Shown piece after piece: positions 49,238 to 63,579 of a stretch of DNA of 64,000 nt (its first letter is position 1; each line of letters opens with the position of its first letter). The translations under genes and the position numbers were made by a program. Under the pieces are notes generated by a model. That model did no database searches. It was given only the letters and a program-made list of their open reading frames with translations, and was not told the origin of the DNA. This stretch comes from Felis catus (taxonomy: Eukaryota). Location: contig NC_058368.1 in the NCBI RefSeq assembly GCF_018350175.1, positions 146,322,001 through 146,386,000 on the forward strand, in the 5' to 3' direction.

Positions 49238-52200
49238 AGAAGTAAGACACAGACCTGCCCACACTCAAGGGGAAAGGATTACAAAGTATGAGTACTAAGA
49301 GTTTGAGATAATCAGGGGCAGTCTTAGAGGAAATGCTGTGTAGTATTTAAGTAGTCATTATCCTTCCTATAATCTTCCAGTGGCTTTTTGTTAGTTAGAA
49401 TTCTCAACTTCTTGCTGCAGCCTAAAAAGCTCTATGTGATCTAGCCTTCTGTACCTTTTCCATCCCATCTCCTGTGTTCTCCCCCTAAGTTTTTGCAAGG
49501 TCTTATTTCCTGACTTCCGTATTTAAAGATATTCTGCCCTCTAGTCTCAACCTCATTACCTGTTTTATTTTCTTCATTGATTCTACAGCTGTGTGAAATT
49601 ATAATCATTGTGTACCACCAACTCTTTCCATTGAAAAGCTTCAAGAGAGCAGACATTGTTTTCCTTTCTCACATCAATGTCTCCAATGCCTCGTACATAG
49701 TACCAAAAAGTCTGAAGTATTCTGTGTTTCACTGTATAAGAATGGGGATACTAACCTGAGTAATATGTAGCTGCTATTCCTTTGCAGCTTTTAGCCTACT
49801 ACAAAAAAGAAAAAGAGTAAGTACTGTAGTGCTATGATAGATGTCCATACTCACTCACGAGACCACCCAAGTATAGCTGAGTGAATGGTGAATGTCTATT
49901 GGAAAATGCAGGGAGGAGCTAGTTGAGTAGTGAGAGGGATGGACAATGAATTCTGTTTTGGCATTTGAAGTTTGAAGTTTGTGTAGGTCATCCTGCTGTC
50001 ACCCTTCCAAAAGGGAGTTAACTGTGTATATAAGTCTGGGATTTAGGATAGGCCCCCATCTACAGATACACATTTGGCAGTTTTCAGTTTATCTGTAATA
50101 ATGGAAGTTGTGGTTGTGGATAACCCTATAACTATGGAGAAAAAAGAAAAGTAGGTCAAGAGACCATGCCAAGAAATATTACAATTTCACATCTGAGTGG
50201 AGGATAGAAAAACATACCGCACACATGTGATTAGATAAATATTATGAGATTAAAAGACTGTCAGGGAATCCAAGGCACGATGTATTAGCACCTAATACCA
50301 AAAATAAAGTAACAGGCAAATAATAGACAACTCCTGCCCTCAACCCCTCTCCCCAATTCAGTTACTATAAAAAGATTTTCAGTTGATTCTAAAACCATGT
50401 GTGGTATAATTTTTCATTGTTAATATTAAGTCTTAATTAGGCTGAGATAAATCTAGATTTTACTGTATTTCCCATGAACTAAAAGACTCATCATCTGGTT
50501 TAAGACAGCAGTGGAGTGAACATTTATAGTCATTCAAAGTAGAAGTAACTTCTGAGATTTTCTTACTGCACACGCTTTTGGGGTTTTTGTTGTCAGGAAT
50601 TCTCTAACGTCCACCAATGATTTTTGCAGTTATGAAGACCAAAATAAGACTTCTTAGATGATACTTAATATATGAAAGCATATAGCATGACCTTAGAATT
50701 CTAATAATTTTGCAACACTAGAATTTGAGTTCAGCATATTTCTCACTTTTAGATTATTGCATTTTGATTGTAAGAACCTATGGGATCTAAAATATGCAGA
50801 GGCTTGCTTGATCATACAATCATCTTCAGACATTTAAACATTTTTTTTTAATGAGCTGTAAGAAATTACAAGAAAATAGTTGGAAATGTGATATTAGTGG
50901 TCTCACGGTATATATAACTGTCTTACCTTTTTAGAAGAAGTCCTTATTGGTATTCTTTTCTAACTTCTAGAGAGTTTAGAAGAGAAATCTGACCAATTGT
51001 CAACTTAGACGTGTTACTGCTTTAGGAAGTACTTTTGTAATGTTGTTTATTTAAATACAAAGTAAACATTTCAACAGTCCACTAAACCAAAGGGTTCATG
51101 TTACAAATCTTTGTAAAAATATATTTGATCCAAAATATGAGCAAGTGATAATTAACATAAGTAGACCAAAGTAATACAGTTCAGCTTCTTTTTTAACTTG
51201 ACTGATTTCCTGTATTACTGGATTTTGCAACTTTGTATTATCAAAGCTACATATATGTAACTATGTATTTGTCTTTTACCTGTTTTACTAACTTGTTATG
51301 TGTCTTGCCCCTGCAAGTTCTGCTGTATTAAAAAGGGGTCATACACTGTCCAGGGCCTGGACCTGCAGGAGGTGTTTTTGGAGACTATGTATTTGTCTAA
51401 AATAGTCAAAACATTCTGTATTATAAACTATAATGGGCAAGCTTTACTTTTTTACTGTATACATATCTAGATACAGTTAAACTTTTCTCTGATAGGAATA
51501 AATTTAAAAACACATACTGAAAAGAAATGAGGTCCTATCTGACCATCATTTATTTGCCTAGCAATAACATCAAGTATCTTTTTTCCTCCTTTTCCTTTAG
51601 CTTTATATTTTGGTTCCTGGGAGAGTAGCAAAGATTACTTCTGCAAGATAACTTAGACTACTTTGATAATGTATCAAAGCTCAGATTCTTTAATTGATGT
51701 ATTCTAAGCAGAATATCAACTCACACCTTGACAACTCTCCTCTCCCCAGAAACATTCACAGTAGCCACAAACGATTCCCCAGGAATTGGTTAGTAATTAT
51801 TCACAGTATTTATTTTGTATATTTTACTAATGTTATATATTCTTTCATCTGGCCACTGGAAAGAACCTGAACTCTGAGTATATAACTTTTCTTCTAAGAA
51901 ATAACTTGAATATTTCAAGTACATTTCTCTTCTTGGATTGAATTTCTAGATACTTCTTGTATATTTCCATTGTTTAGAATAACATGTTCACACCATTTAA
52001 AGGTCCAAAAACTAGTGAATATAATTAGAAAGTAGAAACAGAAAATAGTTACTTATTCCTAAGAAGAAATGACATTTTAGGTTTATACTAAAGTGAATAG
52101 CCAAGAAAAGATTTAAGAGGTCTCTTTTGGAATTTGAATATATAAGCGTAAATGGTATTTTGAAAGAAGTTGCTTGTTATTAGTCATTTAGAATTTGTCC

Positions 52201-54747
52201 CTTCTTCCTTCTCTAAGATAGACGATTAGGGGGCTGGGCCTGTGTTTATTTGTGCATTTGTATTTTACCAATTACTTTATTCATGATCAACGTGTGGCAT
52301 GAATTCATTATCCCTTTGTCATTGTTGAAACTTTCAAATGATGAAAAACTCTCCCCTTCTAAAAATGTCCATCTTAGTCAAAGCTAGCTGACAATTTTGA
52401 TAATGAGGAAATACAGAGTTAGTTTGTGGGTTTACGCTTTACTGATAATGTAATCTATTACCTAACAGTAAGCTTAACTTTTCTTCTGTTTTGTATCAAC
52501 TCAAAAAGTTATATTCTATAGGTTATCTTTATCTTTATTTTTTTAGGTTTGCTTATACTAGCAGATGCTTCAAAAAGTAAATGCTAAAATTTATTTTCTT
52601 TTTTTGCCCTCAAATCTACTTTCAATTTATGTATGCTTCACACACATAAAACTTTTTAATTTAAATTCCTCTGCTTATAAAAGGACTCATATGTGAAAAC
52701 TGCAAATGTTTTTAGGCCATTTGATTCTAAGTGTATGAGAAATAAATAAATCAGATGTGACAAATAGCCTGAAATAATTTCAACTGAATAAATAAAAATT
52801 CTTAACCTTTTCTAGGTCTCTTTTGGTAAACATTACTTCAATTGCTTAATTTTGCTTGCATATATAAGCCTATTACAACTGCCTGTACTCATTGAAATAA
52901 AGAGTTTTTCTTAATCTGACTTACCTTCTTTTGTTAGGAAACAGGAAAAGGTGAGATGAAACAAATTGAAGAATTAAGCAGATGTATCTGATCTGCTTGG
53001 GTCTCAAAAACACATACAAATACATACACACTTTTTTTTTTTTTTTTTTTTTTTGTAGCTACCACAGTACTACTTAGTCCTTTCAAATGTAGTATAATAC
53101 TGAAGAATATTAATATTCTTTGTTTTTCTTTACATTTTAAGTGACTATAAATGAATGCTTTTCAACAACTAGGAATTATCAGTATTTAAGCCTTCTGGCA
53201 GATTTTCTGTGGTATTAAGACATCTATTTATGCTTTCTATCTGAAAATTGAAAGCAAATTAGTAAGCACAATTTATCCATAACAGTTTACTTTGTGGAGT
53301 TAAACACCTGAATGTTCCTAAATTATTTCTAAATGATCCTAAAAATTCCTAAATGGCCCTAAATCTTCCTAAATCATATAAATTAACTGAAATGTCTTAT
53401 AAAATGCTACCTATTATAAATATTGGATATTCACTTTACTGACTTGCAGCTTTATTTGTACATTGAATAATAAGGATTTTTTTCTCAGAATTATCAATCA
53501 CTGTTAAATACTTCTCAGTTTGAATATAACATGTTTATAGAAACAGTCTTTTGAAAAGCGAGACATTTTAGAAACGTTCCTATAGATGAGTGTCATAGTA
53601 GAAATTACTGATCTAGGAACCCAAAAAATACCAAAAACAACTAAAAACCCTCAGTTTCATTCCCACTTCTGCCCCAAACTCCATCCCGTTAGAATCTCTC
53701 TTCAGAGTTATGTGTGGTTTCTGAACCTAATTCTTGCTCTTACTAGTTTGTTAATTAGGATATCCTTTAATGTCAGGAAACAGCGTAACAGCATTGCATA
53801 GTATGATTGTGACTTTATTCCTTCAGTATATTAGATTACTGCTCTGAACCTCAGTTTACTAATCTGTAATGTGGACCATAATAGTTTTGTTTTGGTGATG
53901 ATTAGAGGAGTTTGTATTTGTGTTATGCTTGAGTTAAATTTCAGCTTCAGGGCATACTAACTATATAGTAATTATTATTTTTAAAATCTTATTTTAGTTG
54001 TTACAATAATTTTAATTTTACTAGTAAGAATATTTCTGATTAAATCACTATATTTCAGGATCTTTATCTACCAAATGAGAAGAAGCTGTTTTCCCTCCTA
54101 AATTCTATATATATATAATGAAACTGTATTAATACTATTTTATTATGTGCCTTTCAGTAGAGAATATATCTTCACAAGTCTTACCTTTATGAAGAAGTGC
54201 ACAAACTTGACATTTGATATTGTTGTTTGTAATTTATAGTAACACATTATTGGTTTTTGATACATAAGTAAGTACCAGGTTTATCAGTTTCCTGAAACCC
54301 TGCATGTCTCTTAACTATTACTAAAATTTTGCTCTTTATTTAGAAATAGATTATGTCAGTTATTCTGTTATCATCGCTATTAACAGAAACTACAGTATAA
54401 ATCTCTGTGTACAATTCCTTTTCTTACTTTGAGCAGGGACTTACATTAAGTTGTAGCAAACAAATGGTTGTATGCTTATATGTACTCAGTTGTTTTCTAG
54501 TAGGAGGTGGGAGAGTGATTTACCACTTATACAAGTTATTCTTGGGTTATATGTTGTTTTCTATGATAAATTTCAGTAAGAAGGTAGGGAATTGCTCAGT
54601 TTTTCTTCACTATATTTATATTTGATAAATGCACTGTATTTGAATCTTACACTTTCTTCCCCCTCAGAAGAAATGATGTATATTTAAAACTGTGTTGCTT
54701 GATTTTGATCTTCTCCCCTAACTAATAATGTTTTCCTTGTGTTCTAG

Positions 54748-54966
<219 letters not shown>

Positions 54967-57900
54967 TAGCTTTATGGTAATGATTTGTAAGCTTATAATA
55001 TATGGAGACTAGCCTGTATTTAAAATAAACTCTTTACTTAATATGATTAAACCAAACTATTGGTTATTACTGTACATTATAGTAGTACATTAACACTTTC
55101 TGGTCATTAGTACTTGGTGGCACCAGCACACTAACAAACAGTAAGTGGTAATCAGGCAGTGAGAATCAGAATCCATTAATATTAATCAAAATTGAGGATG
55201 TTGGTATTTGAGATTTATTTCAAATTATAGGATTAATAACGAATATAAAAGAGACATGAAGTGTCAGTATGCACAATTGGTTTCTTATTGGAATGTCTAC
55301 ACAAATGGTAACTATTTCAGATGCTGTGCACTTCAGCTCCTGATAGAGACTTATTTTGCTCACTGAAAATTCATACTACTGACATTTTAAAAAGATGCAA
55401 GATAAGACCTTTGGAATATATTATTTTCCTGATTTTGCCTCTTAGTTTTTAAACAATGAAAAAAGTCACTTTTCTTCTCTATGCATTTTTTCAAGTGTAA
55501 CATTCATAATCTAGGCTGCTCCAGAGATATTTTTTTATTACTCTGTTATGTAAAAGATGTTTGAAGGAAATAAAATGTATGTTGTGAACATTGGTATGTC
55601 TACGGAGACATTATCATATGCATGTGTCTGTACATATATACATGGTGACATCTGAAAGAGTTTTATGGAATGTATATAATAATGAATATTATCATTACGC
55701 CCATTATATCCAGTAGATGATTTTTTATGTTTCATTCAAACCAGTAGCTCTAAAACATAAGAACAATTTGCTAACTTAGAGTCTTTTCAGGACAACCCCT
55801 AAGATTGTTTTATGGGGACATTGGTTAGTAAATGTGAGAGTACATGAAAAAATGTGAAGGGTTTACTACTGTCAGTGTATGTTTGTGAAAAGGATGTTGA
55901 CTAGATGAAATTATGTTTCTACACATTCGAGTAATGCAGGATATGTAAACTTAACACCTAAAACTTGGTTATATTTGGCTCTCAGTTACTATATTAAGAA
56001 AGTATCTTTTTTTCTTTTATCTCTGAATTAATACTTATCTCCAATTACATAAAAATGAGACCAAAAAAATTGTAAATGTTAAGAAACCAAACGGAAAAAT
56101 AAGTTAATTTTGATCTTCCTTATCTCCTTAAAATCATGTTAGTATGAATCACTATCATATATCTGGGCTAGAAATCACGTTTTGGAGTCTATATGTATAG
56201 TTTGGATATGCTTTTCTATTTTACATACAAAATAAATCAAATTAAAGGAGATGTACTATGGTTGTGATAAGCCATTGTATTTAAAACTCAGAATACCCTC
56301 AGGATGATAGGAAATTTGATCCACAAATTGCTCACAAAAATGCAGACTGGGTACTTGGTACTTGAACAAATTGCTTTAAAATGTCTGCCAGAGGTTGAAA
56401 GAGGTATTATCTCATCAGTATTCAACACACTGCCATACACTGGAAAGCAGCAGGGAACAAAGATGAGACAGTGGAGACAAATGCACCCTGTGCTGTAAGA
56501 CAGTGGGGGAGGGGTGTATACAACATGTAGCCCACAGATGCTTGATTTGCTATTTTTGAACTACCCAGAAAGTGCTTTTGCATCATTGTGGCAAAAGGTT
56601 TCCCTTTTGATCAAAAGCACAACCGTATCTCTCATCACCAGTCTTATTATGTTCTGGCTCTTCTTTTTGTGTAAATACTGGGTCACATATTTTCCTCAGG
56701 GGTTGAAGATATGTGTCATTGGGGTGCCCTCCTTCCCCTCAAGCAGAGGAAAGTTAGCCTGCTCCAGAGAATTCTAGGCTCTTGATTATTAGATTAGATT
56801 AGTAGCTTTATCTATTTCCAGATATTAGATTAGTAGCTTTATCTATTTCCCAAATTTCTCAAATGGTTTATTTTCTATCAGAGGAGAAAGTGGCCATTTT
56901 AAGGAGCTATAAATATATCATGGTTTTGGCCATGCAGTACTTTCTTAAGTGTTCTCTCTCTAGAGCCTTAGTACAGTGGAAAATGAGCAAAGGACTTACA
57001 TCTCCAGCTTTCATAAAGCAGTGGTACTGATCAAGAGTCTTTAGAGAAATTAGAAATAGGTTGTGAACATACTAAGTTAGGTAACTGAAGACATAGAAAC
57101 TAGAGAATCATTAGAGTGGGGACTGTTGTGTTAGGCCTGGACACAGTTCAGTTTTCTGGGTGGCCTCTGATACTCTTATAAGAGTGTCCATCCATGTTCC
57201 AATCATTTCTTCCCCATCATTGTTTCAGACTGTGTATGCATGGGAGAGCTAAGGGGATGAGCAGCACAAAATAGATGCTGAGAATTCCCTTAGAGCCTAT
57301 GGTAGATAGGTCTGAAATAAATTTAATACACAATAGGATATTAATATGAGCAAAAGGCAGTCATATACACATATGCTTGTACCATGGAAAATGTTAATGA
57401 CATGTTAAGAAGAGAAATGTGAGTTACCAAAAGGAGGAATAGAGTGCCAGTTTTTTCAAAGTATATCTTTAGATAGAAAATATGTAGAGGGAGAAAATTA
57501 AATCTTAATAGTGTATGTCTGGAATTGTGGATTAAATTTCTTTTTTTACTTTGTGGGGATTTTTTTGCATATATTTTGTTATTTAAAAATGTATAATTAT
57601 AATCAGAACCAACTCTAAAGCTATTTCCATTTGGGATGACAGTAGAGAATAAATGAAATTTGAATAAGGAATGAGGAATTACAGTATGAGTAAAAAGAAT
57701 GAGCTTTAATGTACAGACTTTTAACATATATATTTGCTATTATTTTTTATTAACTGTTTACTAATTGCAGTCTTAGCTCCATTTTGAGCAAGTGACATTA
57801 CTGGATCAATTTAATTTTGTATAGTTTAGATAAAGGAGAAAACATTAGAAATATTATATACCAGTCCTTGGGTTATTAGCTGTAATTAGTTCACTTGTTT

Positions 57901-58069
57901 TTCCTATTTAATTTCAAATACAACTCTCAAGCTCTATATTACTGAATAGGTCTTTTGTTTGCATTCAGACATCAAGTTAGAAACTCTCCAGCTTTATTCT
58001 GAGTTACAGTTATTAAACCTATAATTGGAGGCAGTTCTCAGCAGATTGAATGGGGTTGACACTCATGGA

Positions 58070-58400
58070 ATCATTAGAATAGAAGAGACCTTGAAAGCTC
58101 TTTTAGCTTTAACTCTCTGCCTTCAAGCTAGGATCACATTATATCCAGATGAATTCAGTCTGATTTTTAAACACCTCAGGAGATAGCTTCAACTCCCCTT
58201 GGTAGCCCATTATAATGTTTAAGAACAGTCACAGTCAGAAAATTCTTCCTTCCATCTCTTGGTAATCTGAGTCCTTCATGGTATAGTTGAAGGCCATTTC
58301 CTCTTGTTCTGTCGTCAGAAAGGATGAGGAACAGCTGTTTACCATCTTCTTCAGTACTTAAAGGCTTATTAAATCTCTTTACCACTGCTTTCTTTTCCAG
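58070..58400 (-). mobile_element. Ancient CR1/L3 LINE 3' fragment
   Basis: Minus ORF 58176..58385 encodes DRTRGNGLQLYHEGLRL...RKNFLTVTVLKHYNGLPRGV, the characteristic CR1 ORF2 C-terminal motif (RTRG...RKNFFTVRVVKHWNRLP). Confidence 0.85.
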
Positions 58401-60147
58401 TTCTTTTTAGTATTCTTTGTCCTCTGAACTCTATTCACATTTTCTCTTGCTGTACAACCCTGACCTAGATATAAATTTGGCCAGAGCTGATTGGAAATAC
58501 AGGAGTTACTGCACTATTTCTGAATACCACATGTTCACATTTATGTGGCTGTTGTTTTATTTTGGGTTATCATTTAATCTGTTTTATTTTGGATTTTGTT
58601 TTTGCATGAAATTCCCTTGTTTTTGCTCTTATTTTTGTTATGTTTTGATGTTCTTCTTAGATTCTTTGTCTTCCTGTGCAGAAATATTTTATTTTGAATA
58701 TTCAGTATTTTCCCCAGACGTCTTTATTTTTTTATTTTTTTTGATAACTGTTTTTGGACTACATTTATAGATATGTCAGTCCTAGGGTAATAATTAACCT
58801 TAACATTATTGTTCTGTTGTCCTAGTCACTGTTGAAAGGGTGAAACATCATTAGTCCTTTGCTGTTTGATATTGTCTTTGGTTTCATTAGGTTTGGCTTT
58901 TGCTTAGAGATCTAGTTGGAATCTAGTTGTATGTGAGTTCTCCTTTAGTATCACTGACTTAGCAATGAATCCCATGTCTCTCCTGCACTAAATGGCCTCA
59001 TGTTCTAATACCTGTCTAGTTCTTTCTGTGGAAGGTTGACAGGAGGCAAGTAACATGGAAGGCATCGTAACATCATAATGCTGTAAGAGAGAATTGGCAT
59101 TAAAAATGGGATGGGGCAGATGGTATATACCTCTTAGTTACTGAATATTGAATAGAAGGATAGTGTTCTCTAAATTTGTTGATAAATTAATAATTAAGAG
59201 TAAATTTATGTCCTGAAACTGTTCACATTAATACTCTCTCCTAGTCAACCCCTACTTCCTAGTTTTGTCTAGGAAGTGACATCCAGTTTGATAATCAGAA
59301 GTTTAGTTGCCAGAAAATCCTTAAGGTTTTCTAAAACCAAGCGAAGTGAAGTCATGGGATGCCATTTATTCTATTGTGTGCTCTCCCATTACAGACATGT
59401 TAACTTGGACAGTGTAGTTGTGATGCTACTCATTAGGATTGATGGTATTCTTTACACAGATTATATGATATTTTATTTTGATATTTTCATTTAAATCCAT
59501 ATGTTATACTAAATATTAATTTTAATAAAGGTTTTGAAATGTGCTTGATAATTGTTACGTGCACAGAATCTTTCAACTAAGAATTATTGAAGTGACTTAT
59601 ATGGAGATTAAGTATGCATTTAAATCAGGTAAATAACTAATTGATTACTGTTCCTAAAACTTTATATAATATGCAAGATTTTTATTGTACATTCTTATAA
59701 TTGATTTTTACTTTGCCTTTGTTTAAAGTATTTTATAATATACTCAAGTATTTTAGTGGTATATATATTCTACTCGTCTCTTAAAATTTTTGTTACGTTA
59801 CATTAGAAAGTAGTTCAAGAAAATTATGTAGAATGTTTATATAATGCTTTGCATATGAAATAAAAATGCATTGACATATCCCTGCTTAAAATAAGCCATC
59901 AGTATTACCAGCTCCTCTTTAGCTTTGGCTGTTTTTTTCCCTACACCTTTTGGTATACATCTTTCTCAAAGAGCTTTGCTTGGTAAAAGGAGTACTGTTG
60001 TATTAATATTTACCACAGATTTTTTAGAAGCTGAAGCAGATCAAAAATGTTACTATTACAGTGGTGAATAGCTGTTAAAGAGTGAAAAATAACTTCAGAA
60101 TCACTGGTTCTTCATTCCCTTATAAGATGTCCATAGTAACTCCCTTA

Positions 60148-60290
60148 CTTTATTCATTTTTCTGATAGCTGCTGCTCATCTCTCGAATGCCAAACACTGT
60201 GTTAGGCACTGAGGATAAAGCAGTCAATAAAACACACCTGCACCCTGCCTTTATGGAGTTGACAGCCTTGGCAATGACTATACTGTAAGA
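60148..60290 (-). mobile_element. L2 3' fragment
   Basis: tgccaaacactgtgttaggcactgaggataaagcag...ccctgcctttatggagttgacag. Confidence 0.75.
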
Positions 60291-61272
60291 GTGCTATAAT
60301 TACTCCCAGAAATTATACTACTTTTTGTTCCTTTTCATTCCATAAGAGGCCCTAATTCTTTACATCTCTAGATAGGTAGGTTGTTGAAAGCATAAGGACA
60401 TATATATCAAAGGTATCAAATTTTGACATTTTTGTTTCTAAGTTTTCACTGAAGAAATAATATATTGTAAATATCTGAAATATATACACATAAATACAGA
60501 TATCATGAAAATACTAGAATACCTGTATAGAACAACAAAAGTATAAATAAATAATGAAGAGAAAACTAGGCAGAGCAAGACTACGTTTACAAGAATATTT
60601 TACATGAAATTGAATCTTTAAAATATACGTGTGTTCATGGTTTGTGTGTATGCACAAATCTTACATATGCAGTCTCTGCTTACTAGCTTTCTTACATCTG
60701 GGAGATTAAAATTAGTATAGTCTTTTGTCCACTTATTTGAACATTGTAGAAAGAATTATAAATGACAGAAAATTTTATGTTTATGTATCTAAAATTGGAG
60801 ATACATAGTGTTTCACATTTCTAGGAATTTCAGATTAAATACTTGCATTCATTATATACGTGCATATGTGAGTGAGTATGCTTGGTGCTGAAGACACAAC
60901 TCTACAAGTCATGTTCTTGCTGTGGAGCAATTCATTATCTCTTTAGGGAAAACATATTAGGTAAATCATTTAATCACAAAACACTATCACAGTTAATATT
61001 ATAGTAATATTAGCAAAATACAGGAAACGTAGGCTATAATTACTCTGGTGTGAAGTTTCTCCCATAAAAAATATCCTTTTGGAAATAAATTGTAGATGTG
61101 AATAAATTATTAACATTTAAGCATTTAGATGTTTTGAACCTTTTTGGTATCATTTTCCAATTTTGATCCTTATCTCACTACATAAATTACTAACATTAAT
61201 AAACAATAAATTCTCATTATTTGCTTAATTATCTATATAAAACTTTAAATCAATGGAAACCCATAAAAGTGA

Positions 61273-61560
<288 letters not shown>

Positions 61561-62149
61561 TGAGATGACAGATACATAAATTTAAATGGAATTTCTTCCC
61601 AAACTTAATGAAAGTTAGGTGCCAACTTTGTAGCCTAGGAGATCATTTGCTAGTCTGAGGTGAGATGCTCTGGCTGTTGGAATCAGTGGGCTGGAGAATT
61701 CTCAGCATGATCTCTCCATGTCTCCCCACTGTCATAGCTGTACTTAAATCCTAAAACTGTCACATGGTTTAAGTAAGTATTATTTGTTTAATTCTTAGAC
61801 ATCATTAAAAATATATTAATTAAAAACTTTTATCTTCTGCAAAACTGCAGAGTTGAATACACATTTATCATTTTGGTGTCTAAGCAGTGGTTAATCTTGG
61901 AATCAGGTGGCTGAGAGTGGATGTGTACTTGATTTTTAAGGAAAAGTCACAGGGGATTTACAGCTTGTATGGTTTGGACAACTGTAATTATTTTAGTCTG
62001 ATTTTTATTGTTTTATTGTTTTACTTATCATTTATCCACTATTTATTTTAGTGGATACAGGCTTGGATCTATTGCCTTGAAACTGAGAGAAAGCACAGGT
62101 TTAGTAATGTCATCATATAAAGAATATAACATTTGATGTCAGATGTTCC

Positions 62150-62340
62150 TAGTTCAGGTGCTGGTCTGAAACTGATATCTATTAGTACATGACTTTGGGC
62201 AAATACTTTAAACTCTGTGTCTTACTTGGTATCTTCATAATAAGAATAAAGGTACCTGTCTCAGAAGTTTGGGGCAATCAAATGCAAGGCAGACTGCTTC
62301 GAGATCAGTAAAACACTTAACACTGTGTGATCCACAGAAG
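62150..62340 (+). mobile_element. MIR relic in the short intron
   Basis: tgactttgggcaaatactttaaactctgtgtc...gtaaaacacttaacactgtg. Confidence 0.6.
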
Positions 62341-62582
62341 GTAATTTGGAGGAATAGTATTTTGATAGATGAATGATGTGATAAGAAACTGATTCAGGAG
62401 TTAATTACAGTGAACATTAGCCACATTTAGATTATGTAGAAGAGAAGCTTGTTCTTAAGAGAGTTAACAGATAGTCTTTAAAGTGCTTTCATCTTGATCA
62501 CATATGTTTCAATATATGTTTAACTACAGTATTTTTTCAGGGACATTTTTTATAATATCTTACTGGTGAATTTGATACCTAA

Positions 62583-63030
<448 letters not shown>

Positions 63031-63579
63031 AAAGTAAAAACTCTTTTCTACAAAACTTCTTTTAGGGTTTTTAGTCTAAAACCTCAAGTACTTAATGTTG
63101 AAAATAATATTTATTATAATATGCAACAACTCATTAGCAACAAAATAAGCAAACGTACACACATACACACCCTCCAAGTCATACTATTCCTTATTACAAG
63201 GGTGCGTAAGGAATAAGCAAGATACGTGTTCATGCTAGTTATCTCCAGCTTGAAGCTGGCTGCCTGTAACATTTGAGATCACCTAGCTAGAGCTATTGGT
63301 GGGTAAGCAGGGGGATGTAGAATGTTTCACATTATCTTGAGGTTGAGTCTTCTCTTGCTATTCAGAAAAGACATTGTAATGGGGGAGATGGGTTACAGGG
63401 GAAGAGAAGGGAAAAATGGCAGTTTAAGTTAAGGTACCTGAGCCTCACTCAGTTCCTCAGATTTAAACCCATGGATGATTTTTCTAGAGATTTAAACGTT
63501 TCCTAGAGGCAAGAGCCTCTGAACACATCTTACACTTAGGTTTCTGACAGAAGCCCCGTATTCTCAAAATAAATGTTTG

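Larger units (their letters stand above)
48118..49330 (-). mobile_element. MLT1 (MaLR) LTR hosting an MLT2 and a young SINE
   Basis: acaaacttggcagcttgaa...caaggttttggccagggctgcagtctcatct...[MLT2]...ctggctgttggtcagaggcc...[SINE]...gcccacactcaaggggaaaggattaca. Confidence 0.8.
1..54747 (+). other. XRCC4: Distal part of a very large XRCC4 intron (human intron 3 equivalent); upstream exon is outside the window
   Basis: No XRCC4 N-terminal coding sequence seen upstream of 54748; the region is repeat-rich and ends in a canonical acceptor. Confidence 0.85.

Noticed and set aside
48812..49264. 150-aa ORF and similar SINE-overlapping ORFs (1298, 4955, 16865, 32528, 33550, 34996, 41927, 44998)
   Set aside because: These are translations of carnivore SINE sequence (recurring EPASDSVSPSL / RGRHRIGNRLQAL), not genes.
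53320..53385. Repeated (T)CCTAAAT units as a CRISPR-like or regulatory array (similar block at 7972-8045)
   Set aside because: Short degenerate AT-rich slippage repeats without unique regular spacers, in a mammalian intron.
56290..56780. Possible processed pseudogene or extra exon (ORFs 56304 and 56514)
   Set aside because: No recognisable protein and no convincing splice sites, tail or TSD; at most a faint CR1-like resemblance I cannot support.
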